64,000 bases of DNA, taken from Sphingobacteriales bacterium (GTDB lineage: Bacteria > Bacteroidota > Bacteroidia > UKL13-3). Numbering within the stretch: the stretch's first letter is position 1; each line of letters opens with the position of its first letter. The stretch spans positions 283,842-347,841 of the forward strand of contig JAJTFA010000001.1 in assembly GCA_021299635.1 (NCBI GenBank), given 5' to 3'. Positions 41,352-55,037 of the stretch are shown here, one piece after another. The position numbers and the translations under genes were made by a program. The notes under the pieces were generated by a model, which did no database searches, had not been told where the DNA came from, and worked only from the letters and a program-made list of their open reading frames with translations.

Positions 41352-42250
41352 TCCTTGGTTGGCACAATCAAGTGTAATGAGGAAGGAAGGATGCGTATGT
41401 TTACGTCTTTTTCCATTTCAACAGGTTCTCCGTCTATATTAAATACTTCAGCTTCCGGTCTGATGATGGTAACATTCCGGCCCCTAAAGTAATGTACATA
41501 AGGTGATTGACTGAACTTTTTTAGAAATAGGGCTGCACCAATAAAAGGCATTTTATACACTTTAAAAGGTTTCATAATACTCACATCAAATAGGCCATCG
41601 CTAAGTTTGGCATCAGGAGCGATAAACGCATTATTGCCATATTGAGAACCATTGGCTACACAAACGATAAATGCAGGGAGTACCAAATTTTGACCGTCAA
41701 TATTAATCTTATACAAACGCGGTTTATATCTAGCAAATTCATTAAGTGATATTTTAGTATATGACCAGAAACCACGTTTGGGTGCTTTGGCAAACATATG
41801 GCTAACATGTGCATCAAAACCGGCACCGGCTACATTAATAAAAAAATAATCATTGGCCATCCCTGTATCAATTGTTCTATAATTTAATTGATTGATTAAT
41901 GAGAGTGCTTTTATATTATCAATGGGAATATGCAAATGCCTGGCTAAACCATTGCCTGAACCTTGCGGTATAATACCAAATATCACAGGCGTTTTCACTA
42001 AATATTTGGCAACATTATTTATGGTTCCATCACCGCCAACGGCTACCACAATATCTTTCTTTTGCTCAACAGCCTGCTGAGCCAGTTCCAGGTTGTGCGA
42101 AGCCGAGCGGGTAAAATTAATTTCTACATCAAACCGGTTCCTGTCTATTATTTTACCAATAAGTGCCGGGAAGTTGTCTTTTCTTATTCCTCCGGAAATC
42201 GGGTTAATGATAAAGGCAATTGTTTTTTTCAAGTTATATAAATTTTCCAT
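41333..42250 (-). CDS. Diacylglycerol kinase family lipid kinase (YegS-like)
   Basis: INPISG, GGDGT, PQGSGNGLA, IDGE. Confidence 0.92.
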   Translation of the reverse strand: MENLYNLKKTIAFIINPISGGIRKDNFPALIGKIIDRNRFDVEINFTRSASHNLELAQQAVEQKKDIVVAVGGDGTINNVAKYLVKTPVIFGIIPQGSGNGLARHLHIPIDNIKALSLINQLNYRTIDTGMANDYFFINVAGAGFDAHVSHMFAKAPKRGFWSYTKISLNEFARYKPRLYKINIDGQNLVLPAFIVCVANGSQYGNNAFIAPDAKLSDGLFDVSIMKPFKVYKMPFIGAALFLKKFSQSPYVHYFRGRNVTIIRPEAEVFNIDGEPVEMEKDVNIRILPSSLHLIVPTKDQESIY

Positions 42251-42317
42251 GCGAAAATAAGCATATCCTGCATGTCTATGCTAACTTAATGTTAAGTCTG
42301 AAACTATATTTGCATCC

Positions 42318-43544
42318 ATGATTAAAGCAGTCAAAGATATTTCAGTTGAATCTTTTGATTATCCATTACCCGAAGAACGTATTGCAAAGTTTCCTCTTCA
42401 TAAGCGCGATGAATCCAAGTTGTTGGTTTATCAACAGGGAAATATTTCTCATACGGTATTTAATAAGCTCCCTTCATTGCTCGCAGAAGGAAGTATGCTG
42501 GTGTTTAATAATACCAAGGTTATTCATGCACGGATGTTATTTCAAAAAGATACAGGGGCTGCTATTGAAATATTTTGTTTAGAGCCTGTAAAAGCCTATG
42601 ATTTCGAGGCAGCTTTCCATGCGCGTGGAAGTTCTAAATGGATTTGCATGGTAGGTAATGCCAAGAGATGGAAAGATGAGCAACTTATAAAACAAATTGA
42701 GATTAACGGTAAGCATGTGGATCTGAAAGCTGTAAAGATCTCGCAACAAGAGGCCTATTTTCAAATCGAGTTTTCATGGAATGAAACAAACTTAACCTTT
42801 GGAGAAATTATTGATGCTGCAGGTATATTGCCGCTTCCACCATATCTGAATAGAGAAACCACCCAATCTGACGAAACAGCTTATCAAACAGTATATGCTA
42901 AGCATAATGGCTCAGTGGCTGCACCAACAGCTGGTTTGCATTTTACAGATCAGGTTTTACAATCACTAAATCAAAATGGTATTAGGTCGGCCTACGTAAC
43001 CTTACATGTAGGTGCTGGAACTTTTAAGCCGGTCAAATCTGATACCATCAGCGGACATCAGATGCACGTAGAACATGCGTTTATTAGTTTAAATAGCCTG
43101 TTAGAAATTCATGGGCAACTAAAAAGCGGGAAACCGCTAGTTGCCGTTGGCACAACCAGCTTGCGTGTGCTTGAATCATTGTATTGGTTTGGCGTTAAGG
43201 TAATGCAGCAGCAATGGTTAAGTGAACTTCACGTGGAACAGTGGGAGCCCTATGAAATAATAACGGAGGCTACACCTATGCAAAGCATAGGTGCAATTAT
43301 TCAAATGATGCAGAATGCAGGCATGACTGAGCTGAGGGGTGATACCGGAGTGCTCCTTGCACCCGGATATAAAATAAGAATGGCAAATGCTATTGTTACC
43401 AATTTTCATCAGCCTAAAAGTACCTTAATTTTACTGATTGCAGCTATGATTGGGGAAGATTGGCGCAAGGTATACAATGAAGCATTGGCTAAAGATTACC
43501 GATTTCTGAGCTATGGCGATAGCTCTTTGCTTTGGCGCGCATAA
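42318..43544 (+). CDS. queA: SAM:tRNA ribosyltransferase-isomerase
   Basis: PLPPY, AAPTAGLHF, LHVGAGTF, NFHQPKST, YRFLSYGD. Confidence 0.95.
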   Translation: MIKAVKDISVESFDYPLPEERIAKFPLHKRDESKLLVYQQGNISHTVFNKLPSLLAEGSMLVFNNTKVIHARMLFQKDTGAAIEIFCLEPVKAYDFEAAFHARGSSKWICMVGNAKRWKDEQLIKQIEINGKHVDLKAVKISQQEAYFQIEFSWNETNLTFGEIIDAAGILPLPPYLNRETTQSDETAYQTVYAKHNGSVAAPTAGLHFTDQVLQSLNQNGIRSAYVTLHVGAGTFKPVKSDTISGHQMHVEHAFISLNSLLEIHGQLKSGKPLVAVGTTSLRVLESLYWFGVKVMQQQWLSELHVEQWEPYEIITEATPMQSIGAIIQMMQNAGMTELRGDTGVLLAPGYKIRMANAIVTNFHQPKSTLILLIAAMIGEDWRKVYNEALAKDYRFLSYGDSSLLWRA

Positions 43545-43571
43545 CAAGGGCCTTAAGCAAAGCAAAACGAA

Positions 43572-44588
43572 TTACATAATACTGCGTAATCGCTCCATTT
43601 GTTCTATAGTACCCAGTAGAATTAACTTGTCGGTTGGGTTTAGCACATGGTGCAAATCGGGATTAACCTCATAGGATCCATCTGCTCTTTTTAAACCAAT
43701 CACATTTACACCTGTTCTATGCCTGATATTCATTTCATGCAGTGTTTTGCCAGTAAATACAGTGGCAAAGCGCTCTATGCTTAATTCATCTAGCCTTACT
43801 TCATCTCCCTGACCTGAGATGATATCAATAAACTCTTTAATATCAGGATTAATCATTAAAGAAGCCATGTGTGCACCACCAATTTTATCCGGCATAATCA
43901 CATTGTCTGCCCCCGCACGCTTAAGTTTTGTAACCGAACTATCTGCAGATGCACGGCTAACAATGGTTAGTGTTTGATTTAACTCTCTTGCAGTTAAAGC
44001 CACATACACATTATCAGCATCATTTGGCAAGGTGGTAATTAAGCCTTTGGCCTCTTTAATTCCTGCTTCAAGCAGTACCTGCTCATTGGTGGCATCATCT
44101 TCAATAAAATGCATATAATCATCGGAGAGCAGATCAGCCAATGATTCTCCCTTATTCTCTAACAATACAAACTTTATTCGGTTTCGTCTCAGCATTTCGC
44201 AGGCTTCTTTGCCATTTCTGCCATAGCCGCAAACAATTACGTGGTTGCTAAGTTTAGCTATTCGGTTTTTCATTTTATTGGTTTTGTATGTTTCAAAAAA
44301 ATCACCTTGAATCAGGATGCTGGTAATAATAGATATGGCATAGGCAAAAATGCCCAGGTTGGTAATGATTAGTACAATGGTAAAAATGCGTCCGGAATCG
44401 GTTAGCGGCTTTACTTCCCCGTATCCGATGGTAGAAACAGTAATAACTGTCATGTATAAGGCCTCTAAGAATGAATACCCTTCAATGAGCATATATCCCA
44501 TCACACCAAAGCCAATAGACAATAAAATCAGCGCCATAGCCAATGCTATTTTATACCGTAACTGTTTAATTGCATTTTTGCGCATCAT
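43572..44588 (-). CDS. Two-TM potassium channel with RCK (TrkA-N/C) domains
   Basis: TIGYGE selectivity filter, VCGYGRNG; start uncertain. Confidence 0.9.
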   Translation of the reverse strand: MMRKNAIKQLRYKIALAMALILLSIGFGVMGYMLIEGYSFLEALYMTVITVSTIGYGEVKPLTDSGRIFTIVLIITNLGIFAYAISIITSILIQGDFFETYKTNKMKNRIAKLSNHVIVCGYGRNGKEACEMLRRNRIKFVLLENKGESLADLLSDDYMHFIEDDATNEQVLLEAGIKEAKGLITTLPNDADNVYVALTARELNQTLTIVSRASADSSVTKLKRAGADNVIMPDKIGGAHMASLMINPDIKEFIDIISGQGDEVRLDELSIERFATVFTGKTLHEMNIRHRTGVNVIGLKRADGSYEVNPDLHHVLNPTDKLILLGTIEQMERLRSIM

Positions 44589-44710
44589 GCAATTTATCAT
44601 TCGCGCTTCACATATGCTAAAACGGATTGAAATAATAAGCAAACACCTTAAAATATCGAGGATAAAATGTGGAAAAGTATGGTCTTTTAGCCTTATTAAA
44701 TTTAGGTTAA

Positions 44711-46711
<2,001 letters not shown>

Positions 46712-46729
46712 TATAAAATTGCTTAATCA

Positions 46730-46766
46730 TAAATCCTCCGGCTTGTTAAGTGCGGAGGATTTTTTT
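46730..46766 (+). terminator. Terminator after gyrB
   Basis: AAATCCTCCG...CGGAGGATTTTTTT. Confidence 0.7.
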
Positions 46767-46773
46767 ATAATAA

Positions 46774-47352
46774 ATGTTAATGGAAATAAGAAGAATTGCA
46801 GTTTACTGCGGATCGGCCAAAGGCATTGATCCCATTTATGTTGAGCAGGCTAAGGCCATTATTCATGAGATGCATGCAAAAGGCATGGGTTTAGTTTATG
46901 GTGGTGGCAATGTTGGAATAATGGGTATCATAGCGGATGAAATGCTTAAACTTGGCGGAGATGTAATTGGTATAATCCCTCAGAAACTATTGGAAAAAGA
47001 AGTTGCTCATCACGGTATTACACAATTAATAGTGGTAGAAGATATGCACCAGCGCAAAGCTAAAATGTTTGAATTAAGCGATGCAATCATTGCATTACCC
47101 GGTGGGATTGGTACCATGGAAGAGTTGTTCGAGGCATTTACCTGGAGTCAGTTGGGGTATCATGAAAAGCCTTGTGGTGTGCTGAATGTGAAAGGCTATT
47201 ATAACCACCTGCATGAGTTTTTGCAACACATGGTAGACCATGGATTTTTAAAGCAAGAATTTAAAAATATGTTGTTGTTTGATTCAAATCCAACAGCCAT
47301 AATTGCCCGCCTGCAGGCATTTGAGTTTCCAAAAATGCTCAAGTGGTATTAG
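46774..47352 (+). CDS. LOG family protein (TIGR00730-like)
   Basis: VYGGG..GIMG, MHQRK, LPGGIGTMEE. Confidence 0.92.
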   Translation: MLMEIRRIAVYCGSAKGIDPIYVEQAKAIIHEMHAKGMGLVYGGGNVGIMGIIADEMLKLGGDVIGIIPQKLLEKEVAHHGITQLIVVEDMHQRKAKMFELSDAIIALPGGIGTMEELFEAFTWSQLGYHEKPCGVLNVKGYYNHLHEFLQHMVDHGFLKQEFKNMLLFDSNPTAIIARLQAFEFPKMLKWY

Positions 47353-47475
47353 CCTATTTGGCTAGTCAAATCAATCACGTATAAATGCATACAAAAGGTG
47401 CCATACGGATATCTAAGTCTTTAACTGCTTAAAATGTTTGCGTTAGGTGCAGGAATATCCTAAATTGCACATCTT

Positions 47476-48177
47476 ATGGATTCAATGAGTTTACAATACA
47501 ATACCGAGCGCAGCAAAATGGTGATTGGTGAATATGGCCGCAACGTTCATAAAATGATTGCTTATGCGGTAGCAGAAAAGGATAGAGATCGCAGAAACAA
47601 GTTGGCTCAGGCATTGATTACGCTTATGGGCAATATGAATCCGCAGTTACGTGATGTGGCAGATTACAGACAAAAGCTGTGGGATCACCTGTTTGTAATG
47701 TCCGATTTTAAACTGGATGTAGATGCACCTTATCCAATGCCTGATCCGGCAAACATCAATAAAAGGCCTTCACCAATGAATTATCCGCAAAAGCGTATTC
47801 GATTCAAATTTTACGGTAAGAACATTGAACAAATGATCGAGAAAGCAGCTGAAATGGAAGATGGTCCTGCTAAGTCAGGTTTCATAAATATCATTGGCTC
47901 ATTTATGAAAAATGCCTGTAAAAACTGGAATGAAGAAATGCTGGCTGATGAGGAGATTCTGGCTCATTTGGAAATGCTTTCAGGTGGCCGCATCATCATG
48001 ACCCCAAGCGAAGATGTGCAATTTAATGCGCTTCAGCAGCAAGGTCATTATCACAAACGACCCGGAGGTGGTCAACACCGTGGCAAACAAGGCGGCAACC
48101 GAAATTTTAGAAACGGTGGAAATAACCGCAACAACCGAAATTTTAGAAACAACAATAACAGAAACAGGGGCAATTAA
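47476..48177 (+). CDS. DUF4290-like protein with R/N/G-rich tail
   Basis: YNTER....EYGRNV, KLWDHL; family recalled, not searched. Confidence 0.75.
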   Translation: MDSMSLQYNTERSKMVIGEYGRNVHKMIAYAVAEKDRDRRNKLAQALITLMGNMNPQLRDVADYRQKLWDHLFVMSDFKLDVDAPYPMPDPANINKRPSPMNYPQKRIRFKFYGKNIEQMIEKAAEMEDGPAKSGFINIIGSFMKNACKNWNEEMLADEEILAHLEMLSGGRIIMTPSEDVQFNALQQQGHYHKRPGGGQHRGKQGGNRNFRNGGNNRNNRNFRNNNNRNRGN

Positions 48178-48228
48178 GCCTCTGTTTTTATAACACAATA
48201 GCGCTAATTCTTATTGTAGCTTAAACGC

Positions 48229-51045
48229 ATGAGAGATTACGATTTTAAATCTATTGAAAAACGCTGGCAGGCAGAATGGGAGAAGCAGCACATTTACAAA
48301 GTATCTGAAGATCAACAAAAACCTAAATGCTATGTGCTGGATATGTTTCCTTACCCAAGCGGTGCAGGATTGCATGTAGGACATCCATTGGGCTATATTG
48401 CCTCAGATATCTATGCCAGATACAAGCGCCTTAAAGGTTACAATGTTTTGCACCCAATGGGCTATGATTCCTTTGGTCTACCTGCAGAGCAGTATGCCAT
48501 TCAAACAGGTCAGCATCCTGCTGTAACCACACAAAATAATATTCAGCGCTACAGGGAACAACTCGGCAAAATTGGCTTTTCGTTTGATTGGAGTCGCGAA
48601 GTTCGTACCTCTGACCCCAATTATTACCGATGGACGCAATGGATATTTATTCAACTTTATCAATCATGGTATAATCATACCACCGATAAGGCTGAGCCAA
48701 TCGAAACACTTATTGAGCAGTTCAATCATCACGGATTTACGGGTGTTGATGATACGGTTTTAACTGGTGGCATTGAGCTTGAATTTCCTCCGTTTACTGC
48801 AAAGGAATGGCAGGAATTTTCGCACCGCAAAAAAGAGGAAATCCTTCTGGGTTTCCGATTAGCCTATTTGAGTGAGGCTTATGTAAACTGGTGCCCTGCA
48901 TTAGGCACGGTGTTGAGTAATGATGAAATAAAGGATGGCGTAAGCGAACGCGGTGGCCACTCGGTTGAGCGTAAACTCATGAAGCAATGGAGTATGCGTA
49001 TAACTGCATATGCAGAGCGCTTACTCAATAATCTGGAAAATTTAGACTGGAGTGAAAGTTTGAAGGAGGCTCAACGCAACTGGATAGGTAAATCTATCGG
49101 TGCCAGTGTTTTTTTTAAGGTGCAGGATAGAAATTTCGATATTGAGGTGTTTACAACCCGGCCCGATACCATTTTTGGTGTTAGCTTCATTGCCGTTGCA
49201 CCGGAGTATGAGTTTATACACGCGCTAATGCAGCCTGAGCAGATGGATGAGGTGCAGGCTTACATCAGTTTGTCAAAAAATCGAAGTGAGCGCGAGCGCA
49301 TGGCAGATGTGAAGAGAATAACAGGCGTCTTTACCGGCTCCTATGTAATACATCCATTCACGGGAAAAGAGGTGCCTGTATGGGTTGCTGACTATGTTTT
49401 GGCAGGTTATGGCACAGGTGCAGTAATGGGTGTTCCTGCACATGATTCACGAGATTTTGCATTTGCCCGCTTTTTTGGTTTACCGGTATTGCCAGTGGTA
49501 CAGGCCCCTGAAACGCACAATTGGGAAGCCGAAAGCTATGATGCAAAGGAAGGCCGATTGATTAATTCCGATTTTCTAAATGGGTTTCAGGTAAAGCAGG
49601 CTATTAAGAAAGCAATAGATCACATTGAACAAAAAGGTTTTGGCAAAGGCAAAACCAATTATCGCTTAAGAGATGCCATTTTTGGCAGGCAACGCTATTG
49701 GGGTGAGCCCATACCTATCTACTATAAAGATGGTGTTCCGCATTGTTTACCGGAACATGTTTTGCCACTTGAATTACCCGCAATTGATAAGTTTTTGCCT
49801 ACCGAAACTGGTGAGCCACCGCTTGCACGAGCGGAAAAGTGGAAATGGAATGAATCTAAAGCTTGCACGGATATTGAAGGTTATCCGCTTGAAAACACTA
49901 CCATGCCTGGATGGGCCGGCAGCAGCTGGTACTTTCTAAGATATATGGATCCGACTAATAATACTGCTTTGGTTAGCACGGAAGCTGCAAATTATTGGGA
50001 AAGTGTAGACCTATATCTGGGTGGTAGCGAACATGCTACAGGACATTTGTTATATGTACGTTTCTGGACTAAATTTCTTTTCGACCGTGGTTTTATACCG
50101 GTTCAAGAGCCAGCGCAAAAACTCATTAATCAAGGGATGATACAGGGTCGTAGTAACTTTGTTTACCGTGTAAAGGGAACTGATCGCTTTGTTTCATATG
50201 GTTTAAAAGATGATTACGATGTGAGCGCGCTTCATGTAGATGTAAATCTGGTGTGTAATGATGAGTTGGATATTGAGGCTTTTAAAAAGTGGAGAGAAGA
50301 TTTTGCCAATGCCGAATTTGTGCTGGAGAGTGGCAAATATATATGCGGAGCTGAAGTAGAGAAAATGAGCAAATCAAAACACAACGTTGTTACTCCTGAT
50401 TCCATCATTGAAGATTACGGAGCAGATACACTGCGTTTATATGAAATGTTTTTGGGTCCACTTGAGCAAAGTAAGCCATGGAGTACCCAAGGCATAGAAG
50501 GGGTGCACAGATTTCTTAAGAAATTATGGAAACTCTTTTATAATGCTGAAGGTCAACTCTTGGTTAGCACTGATGTACCTGATAAAAAAGAGCTGAAAGT
50601 ATTGCACAAGCTCATCAAGAAAGTAGGAGAGGATATTGAGGGCTTTTCTTTCAATACATCTGTAAGTAGTTTCATGATTTGTGTGAATGAGCTTACCGAT
50701 TTAAAGTGTAGTAAAAAGGAAATCCTGCAAGCTATTCTGATTTGCCTTTCACCCTATGCACCTCATATTTCAGAGGAATTGTGGCATGCTTTAGGCAACC
50801 CAAATAGCATCATCAATGCTTCATTCCCTGAGTTTAATCCTGCTTACCTCATTGAAGATTCATTTAGTTATCCTGTATCAATAAATGGCAAGCACAGAAC
50901 CAATATTGAGTTTAGTTTGCAGGCATCACCTCAGGAAATGGAGCAGAAAGTATTAAGTGATGAAACCGTTTTAAAATGGCTTGAAGGCAAACCGGCTAAG
51001 AAGGTAATTATAGTAAAGGGTAAAATCGTAAACGTGGTGATATAA
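48229..51045 (+). CDS. leuS: Leucine--tRNA ligase
   Basis: [26 protein letters not shown]. Confidence 0.97.
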   Translation: MRDYDFKSIEKRWQAEWEKQHIYKVSEDQQKPKCYVLDMFPYPSGAGLHVGHPLGYIASDIYARYKRLKGYNVLHPMGYDSFGLPAEQYAIQTGQHPAVTTQNNIQRYREQLGKIGFSFDWSREVRTSDPNYYRWTQWIFIQLYQSWYNHTTDKAEPIETLIEQFNHHGFTGVDDTVLTGGIELEFPPFTAKEWQEFSHRKKEEILLGFRLAYLSEAYVNWCPALGTVLSNDEIKDGVSERGGHSVERKLMKQWSMRITAYAERLLNNLENLDWSESLKEAQRNWIGKSIGASVFFKVQDRNFDIEVFTTRPDTIFGVSFIAVAPEYEFIHALMQPEQMDEVQAYISLSKNRSERERMADVKRITGVFTGSYVIHPFTGKEVPVWVADYVLAGYGTGAVMGVPAHDSRDFAFARFFGLPVLPVVQAPETHNWEAESYDAKEGRLINSDFLNGFQVKQAIKKAIDHIEQKGFGKGKTNYRLRDAIFGRQRYWGEPIPIYYKDGVPHCLPEHVLPLELPAIDKFLPTETGEPPLARAEKWKWNESKACTDIEGYPLENTTMPGWAGSSWYFLRYMDPTNNTALVSTEAANYWESVDLYLGGSEHATGHLLYVRFWTKFLFDRGFIPVQEPAQKLINQGMIQGRSNFVYRVKGTDRFVSYGLKDDYDVSALHVDVNLVCNDELDIEAFKKWREDFANAEFVLESGKYICGAEVEKMSKSKHNVVTPDSIIEDYGADTLRLYEMFLGPLEQSKPWSTQGIEGVHRFLKKLWKLFYNAEGQLLVSTDVPDKKELKVLHKLIKKVGEDIEGFSFNTSVSSFMICVNELTDLKCSKKEILQAILICLSPYAPHISEELWHALGNPNSIINASFPEFNPAYLIEDSFSYPVSINGKHRTNIEFSLQASPQEMEQKVLSDETVLKWLEGKPAKKVIIVKGKIVNVVI

Positions 51046-51048
51046 TAA

Positions 51049-51621
51049 TTATGCTTGTCTTCGAGCCTCAGCAATCTCTTCCAATTCTGCATACCATTTT
51101 TCACCAAACTTCCTGATAAGCGCGTCTTTTAGAAATTTGAAAACAGGCATTTTATTTTCCTTTCCTAGTTTGCAAGCAGGTTTGCAGATATCCCATTTAT
51201 GATAGTTAAGCGCTTCAAATGTGCCAACCTTAGTAATACGAATAGGGTAGAGGTGACATGAGATGGGTTTTTGAAAAGTTATTTTTCCTTCTTTCCAAGC
51301 TTTTTCAATACCGCATCCCAATATGCCTTGCTTATCTCTGTAGGCAAAATTACATTCACCTGTAGGCAAACATGTTGTTACCAAATCCCCTTCTGAATCT
51401 TTTTCATATACACCTTTTTTCTTTAATGCTTTTTGTGATTCTTTTGTAAGGTATGGGAGAATCGCAGGCAGTTCTTTTTCAAGTAATTCAATTTCTTGCT
51501 TGCTTATGGGTGCGCCAAATTCGCCTTCAATACAGCATGCGCCTTTACATTTACTAAGGTCGCAAATAAATTGCTTGTCAAATAAGTCTTCTGAAATCAG
51601 TGTCGGTTCATGAATAATCAT
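51049..51621 (-). CDS. DUF3109-like cysteine-rich protein
   Basis: CDLSKCKGACC.EG..GAP, KPISCHLYP. Confidence 0.8.
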   Translation of the reverse strand: MIIHEPTLISEDLFDKQFICDLSKCKGACCIEGEFGAPISKQEIELLEKELPAILPYLTKESQKALKKKGVYEKDSEGDLVTTCLPTGECNFAYRDKQGILGCGIEKAWKEGKITFQKPISCHLYPIRITKVGTFEALNYHKWDICKPACKLGKENKMPVFKFLKDALIRKFGEKWYAELEEIAEARRQA

Positions 51622-51632
51622 TAAAGCAAAAA

Positions 51633-51660
51633 TAAAAAAGGCCGGAAAATTCCGGCCTTA
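51633..51660 (-). terminator. Terminator after rplQ
   Basis: AAGGCCGGAA..TTCCGGCCTT with a T tract on the minus strand. Confidence 0.7.
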
Positions 51661-51678
51661 ATAAGTATATCTGAGAAA

Positions 51679-52155
51679 TTATTCTGCTGCATTTTCTGTA
51701 GCTGTATTTTCTCCTGCCGCTTCTTTTTTCTTGCGACCAGCCCTTCTGGTTGTTTTTTTAGCAGCACTTTTGCTTCCTTTTTCAGCAAGCATTGCCTCAT
51801 TAAAATCAACCAATTCCATAATTGCCATTTCAGCATTATCACCTTTACGGTTCATTAATTTAAGTATGCGTGTGTATCCTCCCGGACGCTCACCTACTTT
51901 TGGAGCAACTGCTGAAAAAAGTTCTTTTACAGCATCTTTATTCTGAAGATAACTGAAAACAACCCTACGCGAGTTTGTAGAATCTTCTTTGCCTTTGGTA
52001 ATGATAGGCTCAACATATTTTCTTAATTCCTTGGCTTTAGCCAGTGTTGTGGTTATGCGCTTGTGTATGATAAGCGAAGTAGCCATATTAGAAAGCAAAG
52101 CTTTGCGGTGTGATGCTGTTCTGCCTAAATGATTAACTGTTTTTCCGTGTCTCAT
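51679..52155 (-). CDS. rplQ: 50S ribosomal protein L17
   Basis: MRHG....[19 protein letters not shown]. Confidence 0.97.
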   Translation of the reverse strand: MRHGKTVNHLGRTASHRKALLSNMATSLIIHKRITTTLAKAKELRKYVEPIITKGKEDSTNSRRVVFSYLQNKDAVKELFSAVAPKVGERPGGYTRILKLMNRKGDNAEMAIMELVDFNEAMLAEKGSKSAAKKTTRRAGRKKKEAAGENTATENAAE

Positions 52156-52195
52156 GTCTCTTTGAACTTATTGTATTCCTTGCGTATTGCTGAAA

Positions 52196-53188
52196 TTATT
52201 CTTCGTTTGTCATGTATTTAGCCACATCCATGCCGAAAGTTAATCCTTTATCGCGAACCAACTCTTCAAGTTCTGACAATGATTTTTTACCAAAATTGCG
52301 GAACTTCAGTAAATCACCGATATCATAACTAACCAAATCAGAAAGACTCTTAATATCAGCAGCTTTTAAGCAGTTGTAGGCGCGAACTGATAAGTCAAGG
52401 TCTGAAAGTGGTGTTTTTAATATTTTGCGGATGTGCAATACGTTCTCATCAACCTCCTGAGGAGCTTCTTTAACTTGCGTATCAAGAGTTATCAATTCAT
52501 CAGAGAAAAGCATAAAGTGCTGTATAAGAATTTTAGCAGCTTCTTTCAATGCTTCTTCAGGATGAATTGAACCATCAGTTGTTATTTCAATAGAAAGTTT
52601 TTCGTAGTCGGTTTTTTGCTCAACACGATAATCTTCTACACTATATTTCACGTTTTTAATAGGGGTAAAAATAGCATCCATAGGAATCAATCCAATAGTT
52701 GCATCTTTAGGTTTGTTTTCATCTGCAGGGATGTATCCGCGACCTTTCTCAACTGTTATTTCCAGTTCGAGGTGGGTTTTAGGATCCATGTTGCAAATAA
52801 CCATATCAGGGTTTAATATTTTAAACGTGTTGGTATGCTTAGCAATATCACCTGCAGTAAACTGCTCTTGTCCTTTGATATTGATGAAAATTTTCTCACT
52901 GTCTATACCATCAACAACTCTTTTGAAACGCACTTGTTTTAGATTAAGCACCATTTCAACCACATCTTCAATCACACCTTTGATGGTAGAAAACTCATGC
53001 TCTACTCCGGAAATCTTCAATGAGGTAATAGCATAACCTTCCAAAGAAGAAAGCAGTATTCTGCGTAATGAATTACCTATAGTAACTCCGTATCCTTTTT
53101 CAAGCGGGCGGAATTCAAACTGACCAAAGAAGTCAGTTTCTTTATGCATGATAACCTTGTCCGGTTTTTGAAAAGCAAGAATGGCCAT
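52196..53188 (-). CDS. rpoA: RNA polymerase alpha subunit
   Basis: [30 protein letters not shown]. Confidence 0.98.
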   Translation of the reverse strand: MAILAFQKPDKVIMHKETDFFGQFEFRPLEKGYGVTIGNSLRRILLSSLEGYAITSLKISGVEHEFSTIKGVIEDVVEMVLNLKQVRFKRVVDGIDSEKIFINIKGQEQFTAGDIAKHTNTFKILNPDMVICNMDPKTHLELEITVEKGRGYIPADENKPKDATIGLIPMDAIFTPIKNVKYSVEDYRVEQKTDYEKLSIEITTDGSIHPEEALKEAAKILIQHFMLFSDELITLDTQVKEAPQEVDENVLHIRKILKTPLSDLDLSVRAYNCLKAADIKSLSDLVSYDIGDLLKFRNFGKKSLSELEELVRDKGLTFGMDVAKYMTNEE

Positions 53189-53205
53189 TTACTTTTATTA
53201 TTTAA

Positions 53206-53814
53206 TTATTTAGAATATAATTCAACGATTAACTGTTCTTTAATGTTCTCTGGTATTTGATCCCTTTCAGGGTAAGCAAGGAAGGTTCCTGACATTTCTT
53301 TTTCATCCCAGTTTAACCAATTGTATTTTCTGGCGCCACCATGATTTAAAGAATCAGTGATAGTTTCCAAGCTTTTTGATTTTTCGCGAACACCAATAAC
53401 ATCGCCAGGGCGCAATGCACAAGATGCAATATTAACCACCTTACCATTAACGGTAATGTGGCGATGGCTAACCAATTGGCGAGCCTGATTGCGTGTTTGT
53501 GCAATACCTAGACGATATACGGTATTGTCTAAGCGGGCTTCAAGGAACTTCAATAGGTTTTCACCGGTTGCACCTTTTTTGCGCGCTGCCTCTTCAAATG
53601 TTTTGTAAAACTGACGCTCCAATACACCATAGGTATATTTCGCTTTTTGTTTCTCGTATAACTGAACAGCATATTCAGTTAACTTTGCTCTTTTTCTATT
53701 TAAACCATGTTGGCCTGGGGGATAATTCCTTCTTTCGAGAGCTTTATCCGGTCCGAAGATTGGTTCTTTAAATCTTCTTGCAACTTTGGTTTTAGGTCCT
53801 AAATATCTAGCCAT
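53206..53814 (-). CDS. rpsD: 30S ribosomal protein S4
   Basis: MARYLGP, LEARLDN, IVELYSK. Confidence 0.98.
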   Translation of the reverse strand: MARYLGPKTKVARRFKEPIFGPDKALERRNYPPGQHGLNRKRAKLTEYAVQLYEKQKAKYTYGVLERQFYKTFEEAARKKGATGENLLKFLEARLDNTVYRLGIAQTRNQARQLVSHRHITVNGKVVNIASCALRPGDVIGVREKSKSLETITDSLNHGGARKYNWLNWDEKEMSGTFLAYPERDQIPENIKEQLIVELYSK

Positions 53815-53842
53815 TGTATTATTTTATCGAAATGGATGAAAA

Positions 53843-54238
53843 TTAAACTCTTCTTGATTTTGGTGGGCGACAACCATTGTGAGGCAGCGGTGTAATATCA
53901 CGGATAGAAGTAACTTCTAACCCTGAAGCAGCCAATGTACGAATGGCAGAGTCTCTTCCTGAACCAGGACCTTTAACAAACACCTCAACTTTTTTCAAAC
54001 CCAATTCTACGGCAACTTTAGCGCAGTCTGCAGCAGCTGTTTGGGCAGCATAAGGTGTATTTTTCTTTGACCCTCTGAATCCCATTTTACCGGAAGAAGC
54101 CCAAGAAATAACCTGGCCTTGACTATTGGTAATAGAGATGATGATATTGTTAAATGATGCTTTAATGTGTACTTGACCGTTTGCGTCAATTGCCACATTT
54201 TTCTTTTTAGCAGCTTTTTTATTGGTATTAGTAGCCAT
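53843..54238 (-). CDS. rpsK: 30S ribosomal protein S11
   Basis: [21 protein letters not shown]. Confidence 0.98.
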   Translation of the reverse strand: MATNTNKKAAKKKNVAIDANGQVHIKASFNNIIISITNSQGQVISWASSGKMGFRGSKKNTPYAAQTAAADCAKVAVELGLKKVEVFVKGPGSGRDSAIRTLAASGLEVTSIRDITPLPHNGCRPPKSRRV

Positions 54239-54258
54239 TCTCTGTATTTATTTAATGA

Positions 54259-54636
54259 TTACTTGGTAACTTTTTTCTTACCTGCAACTGTTTTACGTTT
54301 ACCTTTACGGGTGCGAGAGTTGGTACGAGTACGCTGACCACGAACTGGCAAACCTTTGCGATGGCGCAGTCCACGGTAGCATCCGATATCCATCAAACGC
54401 TTAATGTTTAATTGTCTTTCAGAGCGAAGTTCTCCTTCAACAGTTAAATCTTCGGTAATGAATTTTCTGATTTTGTTCAGTTCATCATCGTTCCATTCCG
54501 AAACTTTTTTACTCCAGTCAATTCCGCAAGCAGTTAAAATATGCTGGGCGGTTGATCTGCCTATTCCAAAAATGTAGGTGAGACCTATCTCACCGCGTTT
54601 ATTTTTTGGTAAATCTATACCTGATATACGAGCCAT
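54259..54636 (-). CDS. rpsM: 30S ribosomal protein S13
   Basis: [22 protein letters not shown]. Confidence 0.98.
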   Translation of the reverse strand: MARISGIDLPKNKRGEIGLTYIFGIGRSTAQHILTACGIDWSKKVSEWNDDELNKIRKFITEDLTVEGELRSERQLNIKRLMDIGCYRGLRHRKGLPVRGQRTRTNSRTRKGKRKTVAGKKKVTK

Positions 54637-54645
54637 AGTTTTTAA

Positions 54646-54762
54646 TTATCCTTGACGTTGTTTAAACTTAGGGTTCTTCTTGTTAATAACGTATACTCTA
54701 CCGTTACGCTTAACGATTTTGCAGTCCTCACTGCGTTTTTTTACCGATGCTCTAACTTTCAT
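54646..54762 (-). CDS. rpmJ: 50S ribosomal protein L36 (Zn-ribbon-less type)
   Basis: Manual translation [38 protein letters not shown]; below the ORF track cutoff. Confidence 0.95.
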   Translation of the reverse strand: MKVRASVKKRSEDCKIVKRNGRVYVINKKNPKFKQRQG

Positions 54763-54763
54763 C

Positions 54764-54982
54764 TTATTTGTATCTGTAAATTATTCTACCTTTTGATAAG
54801 TCATAAGGTGACATCTCTACTGAAATCTTATCTCCGGGAAGGATTTTGATATAGTTCATTCTCATTTTTCCTGAGATATGAGCTATAATTTCGTGCCCGT
54901 TTTCAAGACGAACCCTAAACATGGCATTGGATAATGCCTCTGTTATAACTCCATCTTGTTTGATAAGCGCTTGTTTCGACAT
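54764..54982 (-). CDS. infA: Translation initiation factor IF-1
   Basis: MSKQ...[25 protein letters not shown]; start at ATG 54982. Confidence 0.97.
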   Translation of the reverse strand: MSKQALIKQDGVITEALSNAMFRVRLENGHEIIAHISGKMRMNYIKILPGDKISVEMSPYDLSKGRIIYRYK

Positions 54983-55037
54983 ACCTTTTTTTATAAGGGT
55001 TGCAAAGATAATTGCTTTTTTATATTTGCCAATTATT

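Noticed and set aside
54646..54762. Zn-free L36 (and Cys-reduced S14) as a zinc-starvation paralogue
   Set aside because: They occupy the canonical operon positions, and this form is usual for the phylum.
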